A program made the translations under genes and the position numbers. 64,000 nucleotides of DNA from Thermoplasmatota archaeon (GTDB taxonomy: Archaea > Thermoplasmatota > Poseidoniia > Poseidoniales > Poseidoniaceae), in assembly GCA_036160375.1 (NCBI GenBank), contig JAYYDY010000068.1, positions 169-64,168 on the forward strand, read 5' to 3'. Numbering within the stretch: the first letter of the stretch is position 1; every line of letters starts with the position of its first letter. The notes under the pieces were generated by a model, which made no database searches, was not told where the DNA came from, and saw only the letters and a program-made list of their open reading frames with translations. Positions 58,486 through 64,000 of this stretch are shown here, one piece after another.

Positions 58486-58872
58486 TCAGTGGCCCTTGGG
58501 GCGGTCGTAGGCCGGCGTTAAGCGAGCCATATCACCCGAATATTGGCCGCCTCGATAGATGAAGAGGACCGGTGCAGCGAGGGTCAGCAAGATCAGCAAA
58601 ATGAGGAAAAACAAGCCCCATGGTTCAACGTCGGACAGGGTGGCTCCCCACAACACCCAGAGGAAGGGGAGGTAGAGAAAGACGCTGTAACGTCGAGCGA
58701 CGGCAGAGAACCGCGCACTTGAGGTGTTCTTCTCAAACAGAACGGGAACTTCGTCCTTCGTGACCAGTCCGTGGTCAACGCCGCAGCGTACGCAGACTTG
58801 CGTATTTGGTCCATTGCCGTGAATAAAGAACTCACGAGGATAGGTGCTCCCGCAGTGGCGACAGGTTGGCAT
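58486..58872 (-). CDS. zinc-ribbon membrane protein
   Basis: CRHCGS..x18..CVRCG followed by two TM helices. Convergent with the GTPase gene, with a 2-nt gap. Confidence 0.58.
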   Translation of the reverse strand: MPTCRHCGSTYPREFFIHGNGPNTQVCVRCGVDHGLVTKDEVPVLFEKNTSSARFSAVARRYSVFLYLPFLWVLWGATLSDVEPWGLFFLILLILLTLAAPVLFIYRGGQYSGDMARLTPAYDRPKGH

Positions 58873-58908
58873 GGTGGTCCCCCGTTTGACCCAACGGCAC
58901 GGGATTCT

Positions 58909-61149
58909 TCAACCATCCGCTTGACTGGAAAGAAATTGGTGGATGAGATGCTGACCGTCGCGAGAACCAATGGACTCGGGATGGAACTGCACGCCGTGAA
59001 CGGGGAGTGTCGGATGGCGGAGCCCCATGATGAGGCCCGAGGTGCTTTCGGTGGCGTTGACCAGCAAGGTATGTTCACCGTTTTCCACGGCGACCAGTGA
59101 ATTGTAGCGGGTCAATTTCAGCGAACCGGGCTGGTGCGGAAAGACCCCCGAACCGTCGTGTTCAATGTCCACGGGTACGCCGTGAACCGGACCGAACGGG
59201 GATGGGTTGACCTGCCGTCCATCGGCCAGCGCCAACGCTTGATGACCCAAACATACGCCAAGCACCGGCATCGACAACTGTCCTGCGAGGGCGTGGTGAG
59301 CCAGCGCCATCGTCAAAGCCGCATCATCGGGGCGACCGGGACCAGGGCCGAGGATGAGGTGACTCGGCTCCAAGCGGTCGAGCAAATCGTGCAGTGCGAC
59401 AGGGTCCAACCAACGTTCGTTCTGCGGCGCTCGCCCCTTCAAGACGACAACATCTCGGCCGGTTTGGGCCACAGCGTCAGCGATGTTGAGGGAGAACGAA
59501 TCGAGGTTATCAACGAACAGGACGGCGCCGGTTGGTGCCTCATCTCCAAGTTGTTCCAGTTCGAGAATTCGGCCACAGGCAGCACCACCTGCTGCTTGAC
59601 CCGGGGGTTGGAGTGGATGAATCCCGAGGGTTCCACTTGGCAATGCCGTGTGTTCCCTGCGCATCCAACCCGCTGCAATGCGAAGTGCCGCCCCCTTCCA
59701 AGCCGCCTCTTCGACCTCTTTCTTGGCCTCCGAGGCGATGGTGATGCCGCCGCCGGCACCGACCGTTGCTTGCCACTTGCCGCCCACGTGATGAGCCTCA
59801 AGGGTTCGAATGAGGATGTTCCATGCGCTTTGACCGCCGTGCACATCAATGTAGCCGATGGACCCGGTCCAGAAGGAACGAGGCCATTGCTCCAGCTCAT
59901 CGATGACGGCGCAAACCACGGTACGTGGGCATCCAGTGATGGAACCACCGGGGAAGACGGCGCCCAGTGCTTCAGCCCCTCCAAGGGTTGGTTTCAGGGC
60001 GGCTGTGATGTGGCTCACGAGATGCTGAACGTTGGCATAAGATTCGACATCAAAACGCTCCACGTTGATGCTGCCGGGTTCGGCCACCTGTGTGAGGTCG
60101 TTGCGCATGAGGTCCACCAACATCCGATGCTCAGCCCGCTCTTTCTGATCGCTGATCATGGCTTCTCTGAACTTGGAGGCTTCCTCTCGCGTGCTCCCCT
60201 GCGGACAGGTGCCTTTGATCGGGGAAGTCTGCAGGATTCCGTCCCGTACCACGAGCAGGGATTCTGGAGACGAACTTGCCAGTGCCACGCCGAGGTCCTG
60301 AGCATGGACGTAGGCAGAGAACGGAGCAGGGTTGTCCTGCATCAAGCGTTGAAAAACGGCGTAGGGGTGGTCGATTTCGCCCTGCCAGTGTTTCCCGATG
60401 TTGACCTGGTATACCTGCCCGTCAACGATGCCTTGTCGGACGTCCTCTACGTTATCTGCGTGCGTCTCGTCGGTGTGCGTGACCGCTTCTCGGTGGGGCG
60501 TTGGCGCCGGGACATGAACCCGGTCGTTTTCGTTCAACTCAAGGTTGGATGCAGCGGCGCACCAGGTGTCATCGTTGCCAAAGACGGTGGTGGTGTCGCT
60601 GGCATGGTCCACGACCACACCGCTCTCCACACACCAGAGCACAGCAAGGACGGCTCCCTCCACGGGAGGGTGCTGAAGTCGCAAGGGTTGCGTCCACTGA
60701 ACGAGATCGTAGGCCAACGCTCCCGACCAGAACGGTCGGTGAGGAAACTGGGCCTCATGGGTTCGTTCAAACGGGTCTTTGGCGGTGGTATCGCCAAGTT
60801 TGTTGAACAGGTCGTCCAAGCCGCTGGCACGCAAGGTCACGCTGTGGTACCATGAACCGTGCTTCCATTCCTCAACGTCAGCCCGAAGCAACGCTTGGTC
60901 ATCGACCAAGCGAACGTCGCCCTCCAACGGATGATGGGGTTCAGCGGCCGGGAGTTCGGGACGGGAGGGTTGGCGCACAACGACTCGCTTGGTGGCGGGT
61001 GCCGCGATGAGCGACCAGCGAGCAAGATGGGACACGGGGCCACCGGAAACCAAGAGGACGCGGTCAGGGGCGCCGAAGCGAAACGCTGCCTCGCCAAGAA
61101 GTCCGTTGGCCTTCAAGGATTCAACGATGGCCATCACGCGTTGCGACAT
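58909..61149 (-). CDS. pabB: aminodeoxychorismate synthase, fused components I and II (PabB-PabA)
   Basis: The chorismate-binding half has SSPESLL, SPIKGT (Lys as in PabB, not TrpE PIAGT) and FPGGSITGCPR. The GATase half has GVCLGHQAL and GVQFHPES. Start at MSQRVMAIV (61149) overlaps the pabC end. Confidence 0.83.
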   Translation of the reverse strand: MSQRVMAIVESLKANGLLGEAAFRFGAPDRVLLVSGGPVSHLARWSLIAAPATKRVVVRQPSRPELPAAEPHHPLEGDVRLVDDQALLRADVEEWKHGSWYHSVTLRASGLDDLFNKLGDTTAKDPFERTHEAQFPHRPFWSGALAYDLVQWTQPLRLQHPPVEGAVLAVLWCVESGVVVDHASDTTTVFGNDDTWCAAASNLELNENDRVHVPAPTPHREAVTHTDETHADNVEDVRQGIVDGQVYQVNIGKHWQGEIDHPYAVFQRLMQDNPAPFSAYVHAQDLGVALASSSPESLLVVRDGILQTSPIKGTCPQGSTREEASKFREAMISDQKERAEHRMLVDLMRNDLTQVAEPGSINVERFDVESYANVQHLVSHITAALKPTLGGAEALGAVFPGGSITGCPRTVVCAVIDELEQWPRSFWTGSIGYIDVHGGQSAWNILIRTLEAHHVGGKWQATVGAGGGITIASEAKKEVEEAAWKGAALRIAAGWMRREHTALPSGTLGIHPLQPPGQAAGGAACGRILELEQLGDEAPTGAVLFVDNLDSFSLNIADAVAQTGRDVVVLKGRAPQNERWLDPVALHDLLDRLEPSHLILGPGPGRPDDAALTMALAHHALAGQLSMPVLGVCLGHQALALADGRQVNPSPFGPVHGVPVDIEHDGSGVFPHQPGSLKLTRYNSLVAVENGEHTLLVNATESTSGLIMGLRHPTLPVHGVQFHPESIGSRDGQHLIHQFLSSQADG

Positions 61150-61882
61150 GGTGCGGCCCCAAGGTAGACCACGTGCCCTCGTCGGTAAAATGTTGGGACA
61201 GCAAGGCATGACAGGCGGTTGAGAGAGCCCGGGCATTGCCGAGCTGGACACCGTCAAGGCTGCTGACATGACACACGCCCATGCCCGTGCCAACCAGCAC
61301 CAATTCAGCGCAGCGCGCCACCGTTCGTTCGTTCAAGTTCCCCTTGACGACGGGGAGCCCAACACCGGGCAACCATCGTTCAAGTTGCTTGGCGACCACG
61401 CCGTCCACCCCGCCTGCCTCGTCGGGCGCCATCCATACCGTGCCGTCTTCATCCAGGACCAGCGGCGTGGCCCGATCGCCGTCCACGATGGTGTAGTCGT
61501 GCACGAGCAACGCAGCGTCGCAACCGGCGTCTTCTGCGGCTCGTTTGGCCAACGTGTAAGCCTCCCATTCCCCGTGTTTCGTCCCGTTGGTCCGGTCGTT
61601 CCATCGAGGGGCTGGGAAAGAGATGGCATCAACATCCTCGTTTCGCACACCGAGGTGGCGGACGGCAACATGCCAGGCTTCCCCGTTGAAACCGATACGA
61701 GCAAGGCCCAAGCCTGCGGTTGATGGTGAGTCGATTTCGGGGTCCTCATCCGGAAGGGTGAGTCGAAGCCGCTGAGCGTGCTTGCTCAGACGTTGACGGT
61801 GGGCAGGCCAATCCGCAACCTCGCCGTGCTCGTTCACCAGCACCGTGGTGAACACCTCGGAGCGGGGGCCGGTTGATGCCAT
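61121..61882 (-). CDS. pabC: aminodeoxychorismate lyase / class IV aminotransferase-fold protein
   Basis: It has NGTKHGEW (catalytic-Lys context of fold-type IV PLP enzymes), is about 250 aa long and is adjacent to and overlapping pabBA. Confidence 0.7.
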   Translation of the reverse strand: MASTGPRSEVFTTVLVNEHGEVADWPAHRQRLSKHAQRLRLTLPDEDPEIDSPSTAGLGLARIGFNGEAWHVAVRHLGVRNEDVDAISFPAPRWNDRTNGTKHGEWEAYTLAKRAAEDAGCDAALLVHDYTIVDGDRATPLVLDEDGTVWMAPDEAGGVDGVVAKQLERWLPGVGLPVVKGNLNERTVARCAELVLVGTGMGVCHVSSLDGVQLGNARALSTACHALLSQHFTDEGTWSTLGPHHVATRDGHR

Positions 61883-61891
61883 GGCAAGGCC

Positions 61892-64000
61892 TCACAACAA
61901 ATCGTCAAGGAAGGAGGTGTCAATCTCGGGCATACGAGGCGAAGCAGCAGGCTCGTCGAGCAGACCGTCCAGCAACGAGGGGTCAACTTGAGGCTGAAGC
62001 ACCGGCTGAGACGGTTGGTAGGGCGTTCGTCCGTAATCTTGGCTCTGGATGCGGTTGGCTGCAGCATAGATGTCGTCGGCTTGCTGCGTTGAGACGCCGG
62101 GCGGCGGTGCTGGAACGGCGGCTGGCGGCGCGGGTGGTGCAGCCGGTGCAGGCGTATCCCAACTCGTGTCCTGGATGCCCCAGGTGGCTTCTTGCAACTC
62201 CCAGTTCTTGGAACGGCGGCTTGCATTTCCACGGGCGCGGACGATGAGCACCAAGAGCATGACCACGATGAGGACCATGCCTGCCGCAATGAGGTTCGGC
62301 GTCGTGAGCAGCGATTCGAGCGTGAACGGTCCGTCATCGCTCACACCATCCGTGGTTGCACCGCTGCCGTCAAGGGGGTTCAACTTGACCGATTCGACCG
62401 TGGATTTTGCGACCGTGTCGTCGTAGGGCACCACACCGATGTAGTACGCTGTGGCGTTGTTGAGGCCTTCGAATTCGTCGTTCGTGATCAGCAAGGAGTT
62501 GGCCGATACCGTTTGGCCAACCTTGGTGGCGTCGTCGGTGGTCGTGAACATCTCATCGCTGAGGTAGATATGATAGCCCCTCACGTTGGCGTCGACCGAA
62601 TGTTCCCATTCAACGAAGATGCTGGTTTGCTCAAACCATTCTGCGTTCACCTTGGCGATGTCGGGCAGGTACACACCCGGGTCCGTGATGCCTTCGTCGG
62701 TCGCACTGGCCGAAACCATCGTGAGCATGTCGGTGTGGGCGTTGCCCGAAGAGTCCACCACGACCACTGCCACCCAGATGGCCTGGCCCGGAATCACCGG
62801 TGCATCGTCGGCGACGACGTCGATCACCAGCGGCAGGTCTGGTGAGCGCTCCAAACTCGCAATGTTGAGCGGGTCATTGGAGAGGTCACCCTGTTGGCCG
62901 ACTTCGCCGGAGAAGTTGTAGGTCGCAGCGAAGACATGGTAGGTAGCGACATCGTCGGCCTCGGAGAGTTCAAAGTCAAGCAGCAAAGCGCGACCGTTAT
63001 CGTTGGGCCGGTCGGTGAGGGACAAGTCCGTCAACCGGTCAGGGGCCGTGTTGTCGTTGATGTTATCAATGGGCGTGACGCTGACTTGCGTCAGGTCGGT
63101 CAAGTGGACGTTTCCACGTAAGTCGTGAACGGTGACCACCACGAAATACTCCACATCGGCTTGGATCAGACCGGGGACGCCATCGGCGAGCGAGCCGCCC
63201 TCGGGAACGACCAAGGCCGTTGAGAGGGTGAGCTGAATGGGGTTGGTTCGCTCGTCAATCCACTGTTTGTTGAACGAGAAACATCCGCAAGCTTGGGGGT
63301 TGCTTCCAAAGGCTGCATACGCAGTGGAGAGGTCCTCAACCGGGGCGTTGGAAATCCAGACCGTGTACGAAGCGAAATCCTCGACGGTCGACGGTTCCCA
63401 TACCACATCAATGGCGCTACCGTCGTCGTCGGGATGGTCAAACGCCATCAGCGAGGTGATGCGAGGTGGCGTACCGCCTTGACCGATGATGTTCTGCAGT
63501 GGTGCAGCAGCGACCAAGAGCACGTCGTCCGTGTTGCCGTTCAGCCAAACATCGTAGGCAACGATGCCGACCGTGTAGACCTGTCCGTCGATGAGCGGAA
63601 CACCGTCCAAGGACGAAACGATGGTGCTGTTTTCATCGCAGGGGTTGATGACGGCGGCTTGAGCAAAGCCTTCCACGCTTGCGCTCGCACCGTCGGTTGC
63701 CGTGTGGTCGCCCTGTTTCATGTAGACCGTGTAGAAGGCGCAGTCGTCTGCCGTGCTGAGGTCCCAACTCACGACCAATCGACCTCCTTCGTCGTCGGGG
63801 GCATCGGCCACCGTGGTGCCGGTGATCGGGTCGGGCGCATCGTTGTCGTTGAGTTCACCCGTGGGAACCACGGGACCGACAATGGTGACGTTGGACAGGT
63901 TCTCCTGCCCAGCTTCGTCAACACAGGTGAAGCCGATCCACACCGGCACGCCGGGGGTCTGCTTGATGACGGACTGGTTGCCTTCGTTAGGGGCATAGGA
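61892..64000 (-). CDS. giant surface protein, C-terminal part (5' end outside window): repeated Ig/FN3-like modules, TM anchor, Pro-rich tail
   Basis: The minus frame is open to the window edge (no stop between 63950 and 64000). Modules of about 140 aa repeat (DDEGGRLVVSWDLS, DDDGSAIDVVWEPS, NDNGRALLLDFELS). TM is LIAAGMVLIVVMLLVLIV, followed by a tail of about 115 aa ending FLDDLL*. Confidence 0.8.
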   Translation of the reverse strand, partial: SYAPNEGNQSVIKQTPGVPVWIGFTCVDEAGQENLSNVTIVGPVVPTGELNDNDAPDPITGTTVADAPDDEGGRLVVSWDLSTADDCAFYTVYMKQGDHTATDGASASVEGFAQAAVINPCDENSTIVSSLDGVPLIDGQVYTVGIVAYDVWLNGNTDDVLLVAAAPLQNIIGQGGTPPRITSLMAFDHPDDDGSAIDVVWEPSTVEDFASYTVWISNAPVEDLSTAYAAFGSNPQACGCFSFNKQWIDERTNPIQLTLSTALVVPEGGSLADGVPGLIQADVEYFVVVTVHDLRGNVHLTDLTQVSVTPIDNINDNTAPDRLTDLSLTDRPNDNGRALLLDFELSEADDVATYHVFAATYNFSGEVGQQGDLSNDPLNIASLERSPDLPLVIDVVADDAPVIPGQAIWVAVVVVDSSGNAHTDMLTMVSASATDEGITDPGVYLPDIAKVNAEWFEQTSIFVEWEHSVDANVRGYHIYLSDEMFTTTDDATKVGQTVSANSLLITNDEFEGLNNATAYYIGVVPYDDTVAKSTVESVKLNPLDGSGATTDGVSDDGPFTLESLLTTPNLIAAGMVLIVVMLLVLIVRARGNASRRSKNWELQEATWGIQDTSWDTPAPAAPPAPPAAVPAPPPGVSTQQADDIYAAANRIQSQDYGRTPYQPSQPVLQPQVDPSLLDGLLDEPAASPRMPEIDTSFLDDLL

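Noticed and set aside
60000-60020. PabB motif GGSITGCPR instead of the usual GGSITGAPK
   Set aside because: The conservative changes (A to C, K to R) lie in a motif whose exact role I cannot verify from memory. The diagnostic PIKGT lysine is present, so this does not support a functional claim.
59134-60855. 573-aa plus-strand ORF
   Set aside because: It is antisense to pabBA, which carries clear chorismate-binding and GATase motifs.

Overview
All calls below are by eye from the ORF translations and raw sequence; no searches were run. This is a gene-dense, high-GC 64 kb window of about 55 CDS and 2 tRNAs. I found no rRNA, CRISPR array, transposase or integrase. The informational genes are archaeal: an L18e-L13-S9-RpoN cluster, MCM, a TFB-like factor, GatE, Trm1, two Pth2, two PAC2 chaperones and a RaSEA-like radical SAM. 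Three giant N-glycosylation-sequon-rich surface proteins and many bacterial-looking genes suggest an uncultured marine euryarchaeote (Marine Group II-like), which is inference only. Housekeeping metabolism includes purM, ltaE, pabBA-pabC, psd, pip and several hydrolases. No single obvious novel multi-gene system is evident. The best leads are: (1) a bacterial-type AddAB-like helicase-nuclease pair with four-Cys motifs in both subunits; (2) a bacterial-type NAD-dependent ligase whose C-terminus ends in a PIP-box-like motif; (3) a Cas4-like Fe-S nuclease converging on a DEDDh exonuclease with no CRISPR context; (4) a 19-bp duplication of the 3' end of tRNA-Arg (att-like scar) beside a block of hypothetical genes; (5) a 788-aa His/Arg/Trp-rich orphan protein; (6) a polytopic membrane protein with a C-terminal EF-hand pair. 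Tandem Pth2 paralogs and shared motifs in the tails of the giant surface proteins are also noted. Many long ORFs in the track are antisense shadows typical of high-GC DNA and were rejected.
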